From Eubacteriales bacterium (GTDB lineage Bacteria > Bacillota > Clostridia > Oscillospirales > CAG-272), in contig JAZSPB010000156.1 in NCBI GenBank assembly GCA_045537235.1, forward strand, positions 92,638 through 156,637: a DNA stretch of 64,000 nt, written 5' to 3'. This document shows, in pieces, positions 39,951 to 50,419 of this stretch (positions within the stretch are counted from its first letter, which is position 1; every line of letters begins with the position of its first letter). The position numbers and the translations under genes were made by a program. The notes under the pieces are model-generated. The model was not told the origin of the DNA, did not search any database, and saw only the letters and a list, made by a program, of their open reading frames with translations.

Positions 39951-41082
39951 GAATGACAAGCCAATCCACACCGCCGACCCAAAAAAGAAACGGCACTCGG
40001 AAGATCGGATCCACCCGGTCGCCCTGATTCTTTTGGGCATTGCACTTCTCTCCTTGGTCATTATCGTCATCGCCCGAAACAATATGGCATTTGCCGACTT
40101 TTTCAATAGCCATGTCAGTTCAAAAATCCGTGCGTTCTTGGCACTTCTTACCAATTGGATCCCCTTTTCGTTGGCTGAGCTTCTTATTCTTCTTCTCCCG
40201 TTTCTTCTCTTGGGAATCATTGTTTACGCCATCCGACGAAAAAGTAAAACTTGGCGCGGCGTTCTCTCTTATTTTGTCTCTTTGCTCTCCGCTGTCTCTG
40301 TTATTTTCTCTCTTTTTGCGCTCAGCTTTGGCGTGGGGTACTATGTCCCCTCACTGGATACAAAATTAAACCTGACCCAAGACAACGTCTCAACGGAAGA
40401 CCTGCGAGACACGGCGCTTTGGCTATCCGAGGAAATTGCCACGCTCACACCCGATATCTATTTCACCTCCGACGGCTCCTCTGCCATGCCATACTCGCTC
40501 TCCGAGATGAATGATAAGCTGATGGACGCCTACCGCTCTCTTTGTGAAAAATACGGATTTCTTCAAAAGCTTAACAGTAACATCAAACCGGTCATGATCA
40601 GCGTCGGAATGTCCTATGCTCATCTTACCGGAATCTATACCTTTTTCACGGGAGAATCCAACCTCAACATCGATTTTCCGGATTATACCCTCCCGTTTAC
40701 GGCAGCCCATGAGCTTGCCCATCAACGAGGAATCGCGAGGGAAAACGAGGCCAATTTTATCGCTTTTCTTGCGTGTGTCGAATCGGACGATCCTTATTTG
40801 CGATACAGCGGATACCTGAATCTGTACGAATATGTTGTCACCGCCCTGTATTCAGCCGATAAAGCCGTATACAAAAATGTCCGCTCCTATTTGCCCGAAT
40901 GTGCCAACGGAGAGATGCGTGCCTATTCCGCATTCTATGACAAATACAGGAACTCCGAAGCGGGAAAGGTCAATAACGCAGTCAACAATGCCTATCTTCA
41001 AGCAAATGGAGCAACGGCGGGAACCAAAAGCTACGGAATGGTCGTTGATCTGGCCGTGGCTTACTTTAGATCCACTGATTGA
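39940..41082 (+). CDS. DUF3810-like membrane-anchored putative metallopeptidase
   Basis: N-terminal TM helices plus HELAHQRG (an HExxH zinc motif). I moved the start to the ATG at 39940 after AAAAGGAGG. The family name is from memory. Confidence 0.6.
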   Translation: MITENDKPIHTADPKKKRHSEDRIHPVALILLGIALLSLVIIVIARNNMAFADFFNSHVSSKIRAFLALLTNWIPFSLAELLILLLPFLLLGIIVYAIRRKSKTWRGVLSYFVSLLSAVSVIFSLFALSFGVGYYVPSLDTKLNLTQDNVSTEDLRDTALWLSEEIATLTPDIYFTSDGSSAMPYSLSEMNDKLMDAYRSLCEKYGFLQKLNSNIKPVMISVGMSYAHLTGIYTFFTGESNLNIDFPDYTLPFTAAHELAHQRGIARENEANFIAFLACVESDDPYLRYSGYLNLYEYVVTALYSADKAVYKNVRSYLPECANGEMRAYSAFYDKYRNSEAGKVNNAVNNAYLQANGATAGTKSYGMVVDLAVAYFRSTD

Positions 41083-41294
41083 TCAAGGTCAAGGAACCTT
41101 CCCTGCGTCGCCACCGTATACTGATAATGGAAAAGGTTTGATATGCCCAATATCGACAAAATTCTGCACAAAAGTCATTTTTGATTAAAAACATTGGTTT
41201 TTACGCAAAAAATATCCAAAAAACTATTTCTTTTTTACAAAATATATGTTATAATTATGTTTGTATCAACAACTCTGAAAAAGGAGTGACCATC

Positions 41295-42599
41295 GTGATT
41301 GAAAATATTGAGTCTGTCCGCAAAGACAGAATTGTCATAAACGGAGGAAATCCTCTTTACGGCGATGTCTTCATCAACGGCATGAAAAACGCCGCTCTGC
41401 CGATTATTTTTGCCACCGTTCTTACCAAAAGCAAATGTGTGATCGAAAATCTCCCCGAGGTAAGCGATGTCGCGATCTCTTTGGAAATTCTTCGCGAAAT
41501 GGGAGCCTCGGTCATCTACCAGTCCCCCACAACGGTAGAGATCGACACTTCCACTTTGGAATACGGCGAGGCACCTTATGAGCTTGTGGGAAAGATGCGC
41601 GCCTCCACCTATTTGATCGGTGCGGAACTCGGTCGATTCGGCAAGGCACAGGTCGGCTGGCCCGGCGGATGTGATTTTGGTGTTCGCCCCATCGACCTTC
41701 ACATAAAAGGCTTCGAAGCCCTTGGAGCCAACGTTTCTATTGAAAACGGTTACATCAATGCCTCAGCCGAAAACGGGCTTGTGGGCAATATGGTTTACTT
41801 TGACGTGGCATCGGTAGGCGCCACGGTCAATGTCATTCTCGCTTCGGTACTGGCCGACGGTATGACCGTCATTGACAATGCCGCTCGCGAGCCTCACATC
41901 GTTGACTTGGCAAACTTTTTCAACACTTGCGGTGCTAACATCATGGGTGCCGGTACCAGTGTAATTAAGATCCGCGGTGTCAAAGAGCTTCACGGATGCA
42001 CCTATACCATCATTCCCGACATGATCGAGGCAGGTACCTTCATGGTTGCCGTTGCCGCAACGGGAGGCAAGGTCAACATTCAGAATGTCATTCCGAAGCA
42101 TATGGAAACGGTTTCCACCAAGCTGTCGGAAATGGGCGTTGATATTGAAGAATATGACGATTCCATCACGGTAACCTCCACGGGAAAGACCAAGGGTGTG
42201 ACGATCAAAACGCTTCCCTATCCCGGCTTCCCTACCGATATGCATCCCCAATTCACTGCGGCTCTTTGTTTCTCGGAAACACCGGGCTTTATATCCGAAG
42301 GTATTTGGGAAAATCGGTTCAAGTACACCGAGGAGCTTCGTAAAATGGGCGCCAATATTCGCGTAGACGGTAACACCGCAACCATCACGGGGGGCTCCAA
42401 GATCACGGGAGCACGCTTGAAAGCGGTAGACCTTCGCGGCGGTGCCGCAGTTCTTATTGCCGCTCTCGCCGCAGACGGAATTTCCGAGATCACGGGAATC
42501 GAGATCATTGAGCGCGGTTATTACGACATCGTCGGTAAATTCCGTGCTTTGGGCGCCGATATTGCCTACGATCCGTCCGAGTTGTCCACGGTTAACTAA
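41295..42599 (+). CDS. murA: UDP-N-acetylglucosamine 1-carboxyvinyltransferase
   Basis: MurA fold repeats, an active-site loop region (KMRASTYLIG; PGGCDFGVRPIDLH with Cys) and a C-terminus of ...IERGYYDIVGKFRALGADI. I moved the start to the GTG at 41295 after AAAGGAG. Confidence 0.93.
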   Translation: MIENIESVRKDRIVINGGNPLYGDVFINGMKNAALPIIFATVLTKSKCVIENLPEVSDVAISLEILREMGASVIYQSPTTVEIDTSTLEYGEAPYELVGKMRASTYLIGAELGRFGKAQVGWPGGCDFGVRPIDLHIKGFEALGANVSIENGYINASAENGLVGNMVYFDVASVGATVNVILASVLADGMTVIDNAAREPHIVDLANFFNTCGANIMGAGTSVIKIRGVKELHGCTYTIIPDMIEAGTFMVAVAATGGKVNIQNVIPKHMETVSTKLSEMGVDIEEYDDSITVTSTGKTKGVTIKTLPYPGFPTDMHPQFTAALCFSETPGFISEGIWENRFKYTEELRKMGANIRVDGNTATITGGSKITGARLKAVDLRGGAAVLIAALAADGISEITGIEIIERGYYDIVGKFRALGADIAYDPSELSTVN

Positions 42600-42695
42600 A
42601 TCCATGATATACGGGACTGTCGCAATGGTCTGCTACGGCAGATCGTCGGCGGTCCTGTTTTGTGAGTCACTAAAAAACGAAAGGACTGTTCTATT

Positions 42696-44429
42696 ATGAG
42701 ATCCATTCTGAAGTACATGAGATCCTATAAAAAAGAGATCGTGCTGGCACCGCTTTTCAAGCTGCTGGAAGCGATCTTCGAGTTGTTTGTCCCCTTGGTC
42801 GTTGCCTCCATCATCGATGTAGGAATCCGTAAGGGCGACACGGGATATATCGTCAAGTGTTGCCTGATCATGCTGGCACTGGGCATTATCGGTCTTGTTT
42901 GCGCCATCAGTGCCCAATTTTTTGCCGCCCGTGCCGCTGTTGGTTTTTCCGCAAAGGTCAAGCAGGTACTCTTTGATCATATTCAAAAATTCTCATATAC
43001 TGACCTTGACACGGTCGGAACCTCCTCGCTGATCACCAACATGACCAGCGACATCAACCAAGTGCAAACCGGGGTCAATCTGGTACTCCGTCTGTTTTTG
43101 CGTTCCCCCGTTATCGTTTTCGGTGCTATGATCATGGCCTTTACCATCGATCTCAAGGCGGCTATTCCCTTTGCAGTACTCATTCCCGTGCTGTCGGCGG
43201 TGGTTTTTGGCATCATGCTGGCAAGCATTCCGTTATACAAAAAGGTGCAAAGCAAGCTGGACAAGCTTTTGGGAATCACGCGTGAAAATTTGAACGGAAC
43301 TCGTGTTGTCCGCGCCTTCAATCGGCAAAATCAAGAAATTCACGAATTCCGCGAAGCCAATGAACAGCTCAACGGCTTGCAAAAATTCGTGGGCATGATC
43401 TCGGCACTCATGAATCCGATAACCTTTATTATTGTGAATGCCGCAATCATCGTACTGATCCACGGCGGCGCTCTGCAAGTCGATTCCGGCGCCATCTCGC
43501 AGGGAGAACTGATTGCCCTCTACAATTATATGACTCAAATATTGGTAGAACTTGTCAAGCTTGCCGGTTTGATCATCACCATCACCAAAGCCACCGCTTG
43601 CGGAAACCGTATCGGAGATGTTTTGAACAAGAAACCGGAAGCCGCACAACAACCCAAAAACACGACGGACGTGACCAAGCCTTCGGCCATCACCTTCCGC
43701 AATGTGTCTATGACCTATCAAAACGCCGGTGCGGAATCCCTTGAAAAGGTCTCCTTTGAGATCGGTCACGGGCAGACCCTTGGTATCATCGGCTCTACCG
43801 GCTCGGGAAAATCCACTTTGGTCAATTTGATTCCCCGATTTTATCATGCCAACAAGGGCGAGATCCTCATTGACGGCAAGGATATCGAAAGTTATTCCGA
43901 GCAAGATCTTCGCGACAAGATCGGAGTCGTTGCCCAAAGATCCGTCCTTTTCAAAGGTACCATCCGTTCCAATTTGCAGTGGGGTGATGCTGCAGCCGAT
44001 GACGGTGTGATCGATGAAGCGCTGAAAGCGGCACAAGCCTATGATTTCGTTATGCAAAAGGACGGCGCCGTTGATGCCCCCGTTGAGCAAGGCGGAAAGA
44101 ACTTCTCCGGCGGTCAACGCCAGCGCCTATGCATCGCCCGTGCACTGACCAAACGCCCCGAGATCCTCATACTCGATGACAGCTCCTCCGCATTGGACTA
44201 TGCAACCGATGCCAAGCTACGAACGGCTCTTCGCGAACTTCCCTATCATCCCACTACGGTCATCGTATCCCAGCGAACAGCATCCATCATGCACGCTGAC
44301 AAGATCGTAGTGCTTGATGACGGCGAGCCTGTGGGTGTCGGCACTCATGATGAACTGATGCAAAACTGTCCTGTATATATCGAGATATACAACTCTCAAT
44401 TCACGGGAAGCGAGGGACAAAACAAATGA
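42696..44429 (+). CDS. ABC transporter ATP-binding/permease protein (type I exporter half-transporter)
   Basis: Six-TM domain plus an NBD (GSTGSGKST, FSGGQRQRL, ILILDDSSSALD). Confidence 0.92.
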   Translation: MRSILKYMRSYKKEIVLAPLFKLLEAIFELFVPLVVASIIDVGIRKGDTGYIVKCCLIMLALGIIGLVCAISAQFFAARAAVGFSAKVKQVLFDHIQKFSYTDLDTVGTSSLITNMTSDINQVQTGVNLVLRLFLRSPVIVFGAMIMAFTIDLKAAIPFAVLIPVLSAVVFGIMLASIPLYKKVQSKLDKLLGITRENLNGTRVVRAFNRQNQEIHEFREANEQLNGLQKFVGMISALMNPITFIIVNAAIIVLIHGGALQVDSGAISQGELIALYNYMTQILVELVKLAGLIITITKATACGNRIGDVLNKKPEAAQQPKNTTDVTKPSAITFRNVSMTYQNAGAESLEKVSFEIGHGQTLGIIGSTGSGKSTLVNLIPRFYHANKGEILIDGKDIESYSEQDLRDKIGVVAQRSVLFKGTIRSNLQWGDAAADDGVIDEALKAAQAYDFVMQKDGAVDAPVEQGGKNFSGGQRQRLCIARALTKRPEILILDDSSSALDYATDAKLRTALRELPYHPTTVIVSQRTASIMHADKIVVLDDGEPVGVGTHDELMQNCPVYIEIYNSQFTGSEGQNK

Positions 44430-46189
44430 AAAAGAAAAATGTCAAAAAAATGGACACGGGAACCGTAAAAAAGTTACTGTCATACCTTCGTCCCCATATG
44501 ATCTGGTTTGTTATTTCCCTGCTTTTAGCCGTGGTCGGTGTCGCTATGACACTGTACATTCCCATTTTGATCGGCAATGCCATTGATCAAATTCCCGGTG
44601 CGGGAAGCGTAGCCCTTGACAAGGTCATTGCCGTTCTTATCAAGATCGCTGTTTGCATAGGCATTGGTGCCGTTGCCCAATGGCTGATGAATGTCTGCAA
44701 TAACAAAATCACATACGAGGTAGTTCGGAATATTCGCAATGAAGCATTTGAAAAACTGCAAAAGCTCCCTGTCCGCTACCTCGACTCCCATCGCACGGGT
44801 GAGACGGTCAGTAAGATCATCACCGATGTAGAGCAATTCGCAGACGGTCTTCTTATGGGCTTCACCCAGTTCTTCACAGGCATTCTCACCATTGTGGGAA
44901 CGCTGGGCTTTATGATTTCCATTAACCTTTCCATCACGCTTGTTGTGGTACTGGTTACGCCTCTTTCCCTCTTTGTGGCGGCTTTCATTGCCAAACGAAC
45001 CCACTCCATGTTCACCGAGCAATCCAAGACTCGCGCCGAACAGACTGCTTTTATTGACGAGATCATCAGCAATCAAAAAACCGTCAAAGCATTTAACCAC
45101 GAGGACGAAGCAAGCGCAGAATTTGCCGATATCAACGAGCGACTTCGCAAATGCTCTTTGAAGGCGACCTTCTTCTCTTCCTTGACCAACCCATCCACCC
45201 GATTTGTCAACAGCATTGTTTACACGGGTGTAGCCTTGGCCGGTGCCCTTACTTGCCTCGGTGGCGGCGCGGCACTTTCCATCGGAAATCTAACCATTTT
45301 CCTAAGCTATGCCAACCAGTATACCAAGCCCTTCAACGAAATTTCGGGTGTGGTCACCGAATTGCAAAATGCCCTTGCCTGTGCCGCAAGAATCTTTGAA
45401 CTGATCGACGAAGAACCGCTGACCCCCGACAAGGAAACCGCTATAACGATTTCCGGCTGTGATAACGGCATCACCTTCTCCGATGTATCCTTCTCTTATG
45501 TTCCCGATCAAAAGCTGATCGAGCATCTAAACCTTAACGTCAAACGCGGTCAACGCATTGCCATTGTCGGTCCCACGGGTTGCGGAAAGACTACATTGAT
45601 CAATCTAATCATGCGCTTCTACGATGTATGCGACGGAAGCATCGCCATTGACGGCGCCGACATTCGTGATATCACTCGTCACAGTCTCCGCGAATCCTTC
45701 GGCATGGTTCTACAAGACACTTGGCTGAGATCGGGCACCATCCGAGACAACATCATTATCGGAAAACCCGATGCCACCGATGAAGAGATGATCGCGGCGG
45801 CCAAGCTATCTCACGCTCACAGCTTCATCAAGCGACTTCCCAATGGCTATGACACCATCATTGGAGAAGGCGGCGGAATGCTTTCTCAAGGTCAAAAACA
45901 GCTTCTCTGTATCACTCGTGTCATGCTCCGTCTGCCCCCCTTGCTCATTCTCGACGAAGCGACATCCTCCATCGACACCCGAACCGAGATCCGCATCCAA
46001 AGTGCCTTCTCGGAAATGATGAAGGGGCGCACGTCCTTTATCGTCGCGCACCGACTCTCTACCATCAAAGAGGCAGATATCATCCTTGTCATGAAAGATG
46101 GCAACATCATTGAGCAAGGCTCGCATGAACAGCTTCTCGCCGCAGGCGGATTCTATCATTCATTGTATTACAGTCAGTTTGAACATTGA
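44426..46189 (+). CDS. ABC transporter ATP-binding/permease protein (partner half-transporter)
   Basis: Six-TM domain plus an NBD (GPTGCGKTT, LSQGQKQLL, LLILDEATSSID). Its start overlaps the stop of the upstream paralogue, which suggests a heterodimer. Confidence 0.92.
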   Translation: MKKKNVKKMDTGTVKKLLSYLRPHMIWFVISLLLAVVGVAMTLYIPILIGNAIDQIPGAGSVALDKVIAVLIKIAVCIGIGAVAQWLMNVCNNKITYEVVRNIRNEAFEKLQKLPVRYLDSHRTGETVSKIITDVEQFADGLLMGFTQFFTGILTIVGTLGFMISINLSITLVVVLVTPLSLFVAAFIAKRTHSMFTEQSKTRAEQTAFIDEIISNQKTVKAFNHEDEASAEFADINERLRKCSLKATFFSSLTNPSTRFVNSIVYTGVALAGALTCLGGGAALSIGNLTIFLSYANQYTKPFNEISGVVTELQNALACAARIFELIDEEPLTPDKETAITISGCDNGITFSDVSFSYVPDQKLIEHLNLNVKRGQRIAIVGPTGCGKTTLINLIMRFYDVCDGSIAIDGADIRDITRHSLRESFGMVLQDTWLRSGTIRDNIIIGKPDATDEEMIAAAKLSHAHSFIKRLPNGYDTIIGEGGGMLSQGQKQLLCITRVMLRLPPLLILDEATSSIDTRTEIRIQSAFSEMMKGRTSFIVAHRLSTIKEADIILVMKDGNIIEQGSHEQLLAAGGFYHSLYYSQFEH

Positions 46190-46197
46190 CGGTTGAA

Positions 46198-46392
46198 GCG
46201 CCTGCGGGCGCAGAAGGTCGCTTTTTTGAAAAAAAGCTCCGCAAAAAACTTTTGTCGCTCGCTCTTATTATAGTTTGTGCAAACATAGCGTTATGCCGTA
46301 GTAGGCAGTGTGTTTGCGCTCACATTAACAAGGGCGTGTGATAAAGTTTTTGCGGAGCTTTTTTAGCAAATTTCGTCCTGCGGCCGCAGGCG
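46198..46392 (-). repeat. Long-hairpin intergenic repeat, copy A (opposite orientation to B-D by its central loop)
   Basis: The left arm is GCGCCTGCGGGCGCAGAAGGTCGCTTTTTTGAAAAAAAGCTCCGCAAAAAACTTTT. The right arm is its near reverse complement (AAAGTTTTTGCGGAGCTTTTTT...CCTGCGGCCGCAGGCG). The inner stem is GCAAACA/TGTTTGC. It sits between convergent gene ends. Confidence 0.85.
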
Positions 46393-46397
46393 TTTAA

Positions 46398-49300
46398 TTA
46401 TTTCAAAACAACCGTTTTGGTATCGATCACCTTTCCGGACAGATCCGTTAAGGTCACCGTAACCTCATCTCCACTCTTGGCGGTGATATCGGTTTCAATG
46501 ATAAAGTTTCCGGCAGTCTCAAAGGTGGTTGTATATTCCTTTGTGACACCGTTAGCTTTGACGGTAACCTTGTGAGAAGTCTCGTTGTGTCCGAGTTCCC
46601 AAACTTCCACACATATCTTGCCGTCCACCGAGATATCTGCGCCGTGAATGTTGGCATCGGACAAGGTGGCAAGGAACGGGAAGGCAGGCTGGCTAATGCT
46701 GTTCTCAAGGTTGCCTCCCAAGGTATCAGGTGCCCCTGACACCGCATAAGAGTTGACATAAGAATACTGAACTGCAACGGGATTCTTGATCGAGGTGGCG
46801 GTCACGACAACGGTATCTCCGACGATCGTCGCAGTGGCATCCACAAAGGTCTTGCCATTCGCACTGATCTTGAAGCCTGTCAGTTTGGTGTCGCCGTCCT
46901 TGATCTTAAGACCGTCGCCAATGTGTGAGAAGTGAAGGATGACTCGGTCTCCGTCTACCTCCATATACTCGTACATGGGACCGGTATATTCCGTCGTTCC
47001 TTCATAGTAGGTCTTGCCGTAAACAGTGGCGAGGATGGTCGCCGCCATACGGTTACCGACGGGCACCTTGGTTCCGGGATGAATGGTTCCACCCGTATCC
47101 TTGTCGTCAAAGGTTCCCTCGTATGCCGTAGAGATGACCTCCACATTGTTAAGACGTTTGGCGGTGTCGATCTGCACCTGGCGAATCTCGAAGAAGTTTC
47201 TTCCGCTACCCGCCGCGTACGGTGCCAACTGAACCAACATAATGGGAAGATTCTCATCTCTGAAATCCTCTCTCCATTGCTCGATCAAATCGTAAAGAAT
47301 GTAGTTGTACTGTTGAGCGATTCTGGCATTGGGTTGAGACTCACCTTGGTACCACATCACACCGGCAACGGCATAGTTGGCAAGGGGACCTTGCATTGCG
47401 TTGTACAGACCGGTGGGAGCAAATCTTCTTCCTGTGCTTCCCTCGGTACCGTTGATAAGGGTACCTGCCGCCTTGGTGGTTTTATAAATCTTTCCGAGAC
47501 TCCAGTAAAAATCGTAATCCTGCCACAGCGTTCTTCCCTCACAGCCCCAGTTATTTCTGACAGAGGGGAGAATGGAAGGATCGTTGTAGATAAATTCTCT
47601 GTCCGAAGCAAACAGCCGCTCATAGTTAAGCCATGCTTGCGCGGAGCTACCGCCCTCGTAACATTCGATAATTGCGACCGGCACTCCCAGCTCTGCTTGA
47701 ATCTGATAAGCAGAAATATAGGCAATTGCGGAAACACCGGAAACATTGGAAGCCGTGACCTGTTTCCATGCGCCGTTGGTAACGTCCTTTTGAAGCTCAT
47801 AGCTTGCCGTCACACCTATCTTAAAGCTTCTGACATCATAGTTTTTGGCACCCGAAACGATATCCGCTGTGTCAAAAACACTGCTCATTTTAAGCTCCAT
47901 ATTGGACTGACCGCTACAATACCAAACCTCACCGATGCCCACATTCTTGAAGGTCTTTCCCGCCACTCCGTTCTTGACCAAGAGCGTCTTGCCGGATCCG
48001 CCTTCCATTTCGGGAAGCTCTAAATAAAATTCACCGTTGGCATCTACCACTGAACTTGCGGTATATTGGTCGATCTCCGCCGTTATGGTATCACCGGGGG
48101 TTCCGCCCCAGCCCCAAATCGGCACTTTTTTATTTCTCTGCAAAACCATATCGTCCGCAAAAATGGACGGAAGTATTACTCCAATATTGGTATTCAGCAT
48201 AGCAAACTCCACCGTGAAATCATCAATATAAACTGTCTTGGGGAAATTGGTCGAAGAAGTTCCAAAGTTGATGAAGGGTCTTACGGGATAGTGTTCCTTG
48301 ATACTTGCATCATCAAAGACCAACTCGGTTTTTGATAGAAAATCCTTGGTGATATCCATCTCATATTCCACAAAAGTCCATTCACCCTCGTAAATATCAT
48401 AAGAAGTGTAGGCCAACTGTGTTGTCTTCTTATCTCCCATCAATCCGATAGACGAACTCACGGGCTTTGCGGGATCTTTAAAGCCCTCCATCAAAACATA
48501 AGCCGAGATCTTGACAGTCTGACCGATATAAGGTGTCAGATCCTTTGGCATCAGATTGTTGAGCTTGACTCTGGCACCGAAATCTCCGTTGGCGTTGGGT
48601 TGGAAATTATAAAGCGCCATTGCTTTGTCTCCCGAATGTGACTGCCAATTAAGCGCACCGACCTGAAGTAAGGAATTGGCGTAATTTCCGCCCATTTTAT
48701 ACTCATTGGCCGCATCGGTCAGCTCCGCATAAGTGGAGGTCTTATACTGAGTAAAAGAAGCATCGGCATTCTCAAAATCCTCGGTTTTATATACCGTATA
48801 CTCGGGCACATAGGCATCCTTGTGAAGAGAGGCCTTTACATCATCCACGTAGAAGGTACTGCAAAGATCGGATGCAGGTGCATCGACAGCCGCCGCTACG
48901 TTTTGGTCGATCTTGACCGTAATCAAGCCGGCAGCGGTATTTTCAGCGGTAACCTTATAGAACAAGGTGAGCTGATTCCATTCATTGGCTCGCAGCTCGA
49001 ACTTGTGCGACTCAGCCGCTGTATCGTCGGAGCCTTCTTTGGAAACCGACATTCTGAACGCAGCATTCTCACCGATCGGCATAACGTATGCGGTGATCTT
49101 ATAAGTCTTTCCGACATTTCTGGGGGTCATATACACCTCCAGAACATCCAAAACACCTACACCGCCATCAGCACTTGAAGATTCAACCTTGATGGATTGA
49201 TCTTTTGTACGAATATAAGCCTTGTCAGTATTGATGCTGACCTTGGCAGCGGGATTTCCCGCCACATAAAAGGGGTCGGGCTCCTTGTCGTCGCCGCCGG

Positions 49301-49475
49301 GAGCCGCTGTTTCAAATCCTTGTTCGGACTCCTCCGGATCGCTCTCACTCTCGCTCTCATTCGACTCGGATTCGGTGACCTCATGGGTATCCGTCTCGGA
49401 CTCCGTTTCTCCGCCGCAAGCGACAAAACTCAATAAAAGCGTGAATATCAAAAGAATGGATAATAGCTTTTTCAT
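46398..49475 (-). CDS. Large lipoprotein with N-terminal CBM-like beta-sandwich regions and a sialate O-acetylesterase-like (SASA/DUF303) domain
   Basis: Lipobox LLLSFVAC and an acidic linker. The SASA-type nucleophile motif GEVWYCSGQSNME and downstream GVMWYQGES are present. The C-terminal region is Ig-like. Confidence 0.75.
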   Translation of the reverse strand: MKKLLSILLIFTLLLSFVACGGETESETDTHEVTESESNESESESDPEESEQGFETAAPGGDDKEPDPFYVAGNPAAKVSINTDKAYIRTKDQSIKVESSSADGGVGVLDVLEVYMTPRNVGKTYKITAYVMPIGENAAFRMSVSKEGSDDTAAESHKFELRANEWNQLTLFYKVTAENTAAGLITVKIDQNVAAAVDAPASDLCSTFYVDDVKASLHKDAYVPEYTVYKTEDFENADASFTQYKTSTYAELTDAANEYKMGGNYANSLLQVGALNWQSHSGDKAMALYNFQPNANGDFGARVKLNNLMPKDLTPYIGQTVKISAYVLMEGFKDPAKPVSSSIGLMGDKKTTQLAYTSYDIYEGEWTFVEYEMDITKDFLSKTELVFDDASIKEHYPVRPFINFGTSSTNFPKTVYIDDFTVEFAMLNTNIGVILPSIFADDMVLQRNKKVPIWGWGGTPGDTITAEIDQYTASSVVDANGEFYLELPEMEGGSGKTLLVKNGVAGKTFKNVGIGEVWYCSGQSNMELKMSSVFDTADIVSGAKNYDVRSFKIGVTASYELQKDVTNGAWKQVTASNVSGVSAIAYISAYQIQAELGVPVAIIECYEGGSSAQAWLNYERLFASDREFIYNDPSILPSVRNNWGCEGRTLWQDYDFYWSLGKIYKTTKAAGTLINGTEGSTGRRFAPTGLYNAMQGPLANYAVAGVMWYQGESQPNARIAQQYNYILYDLIEQWREDFRDENLPIMLVQLAPYAAGSGRNFFEIRQVQIDTAKRLNNVEVISTAYEGTFDDKDTGGTIHPGTKVPVGNRMAATILATVYGKTYYEGTTEYTGPMYEYMEVDGDRVILHFSHIGDGLKIKDGDTKLTGFKISANGKTFVDATATIVGDTVVVTATSIKNPVAVQYSYVNSYAVSGAPDTLGGNLENSISQPAFPFLATLSDANIHGADISVDGKICVEVWELGHNETSHKVTVKANGVTKEYTTTFETAGNFIIETDITAKSGDEVTVTLTDLSGKVIDTKTVVLK

Positions 49476-49504
49476 AAAGATTCCTCCACTATATAATTGT
49501 ACTT

Positions 49505-49533
49505 ATTATAACATACGTCTCAAAAATATGCAA
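49505..49533 (-). promoter_or_regulatory. Sigma-A promoter of the esterase lipoprotein gene
   Basis: Minus strand: TTGCAT (49533-49528), 17 nt, TGtTATAAT (49513-49505). Confidence 0.65.
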
Positions 49534-49588
49534 TCGGTTTTGAAGTTTTTTGTATAACTTGCGAAAAATTTGTGCAAAAGAGCGAAAA

Positions 49589-49806
49589 GGGCGCCTGTGG
49601 GCGCGGGAGGTCGCTTTTTTGAAAAAAAGCTCCGCAAAAAACTTTTCTATTGCACCCTGCCGAATTTGAGCGAACATACTGCCCCCTAATGGGTATCGCT
49701 ATGTTCGCATAAACTACAATAAGGCGCAATAGAAAAGTTTTTGCGCACTTTCGAAGAAAGTGTGCTTTTCTTCAAAAAGCGACCTCCCCGCGCCCGCAGG
49801 CGCCCC
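49589..49806 (+). repeat. Long-hairpin intergenic repeat, copy B
   Basis: GGGCGCCTGTGGGCGCGGGAGGTCGCTTTTTTGAAAAAAAGCTCCGCAAAAAACTTTTCTATTGC ... GCGAACATA-loop-TATGTTCGC ... GCAATAGAAAAGTTTTTGCG...AAAAAGCGACCTCCCCGCGCCCGCAGGCGCC. It folds as one nested palindrome. Confidence 0.9.
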
Positions 49807-49818
49807 GAAGAAAACTTT

Positions 49819-50409
49819 TCAAAACAATGCTTTTAACTTTTGTCTGACTCTAAAAATTGCGTTATCAATAGATTTTTCACTTTTACCAAGCGTTCGGGCG
49901 ATCTCCCGCGAAGAACAACCGGCAACATAGGAACGCCACACCTTATTTTCGAAATCCGAAAGTGCTCGGTCGATGCGGCGGTTAAGTTCCCGCATTTCCT
50001 CGCGTTTGATAAGTGCTACGGCAGGATCCTCTTGATTCTCATGCTCGTCCGAAATCCAGTCCTCAGACTCAAGCGATAGCATCTCTGTTCCCTTGCGCTT
50101 TTTCATGGCACGAATTTGAGTAATCAAAGCGTTGTTCAAGCAAATTTTGGCATACAATCCAAAACTGACGTCATTTTGTCCCAAATCGTAAGATAAAATG
50201 GAATTATAAAAAACCAATGTCAACTCCTGCTTGAGATCCTCTGCATCTTGTTCGGTCACATCATTCCGCCAAAAGCGGTTGACAAACGAGGTGATAAGCG
50301 GATCATAAAGCTGCAACATCTCCTCAAAAGCCTCTTGATTTTCTTTTCGCACCTGCAAAATGAGATTTTTTACGATCTTATCGTAGGAATCGAACATCTC
50401 GCGCATCAT
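49819..50409 (-). CDS. Sigma-70 family RNA polymerase sigma factor (SigH-like)
   Basis: Region 2 (DAEDLKQELTLVFYNSI) and region 4 HTH (SSREIARTLGKSEKSIDNAIFRVRQKLK). It resembles SigH-type sigmas as I recall them. Confidence 0.75.
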   Translation of the reverse strand: MMREMFDSYDKIVKNLILQVRKENQEAFEEMLQLYDPLITSFVNRFWRNDVTEQDAEDLKQELTLVFYNSILSYDLGQNDVSFGLYAKICLNNALITQIRAMKKRKGTEMLSLESEDWISDEHENQEDPAVALIKREEMRELNRRIDRALSDFENKVWRSYVAGCSSREIARTLGKSEKSIDNAIFRVRQKLKALF

Positions 50410-50419
50410 GCCCTCCCGA

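Noticed and set aside
49488-49509. Sequence ACTATATAATTGTACTTATTAT in the esterase gene leader resembles the inverton repeat ACTACATAATTGTTATTAT.
   Set aside because: It is a single AT-rich half-site overlapping the -10 box. It needs a 2-nt gap to align, and I could find no inverted partner within several hundred bp. It is most likely chance similarity between promoter-like AT-rich sequences.
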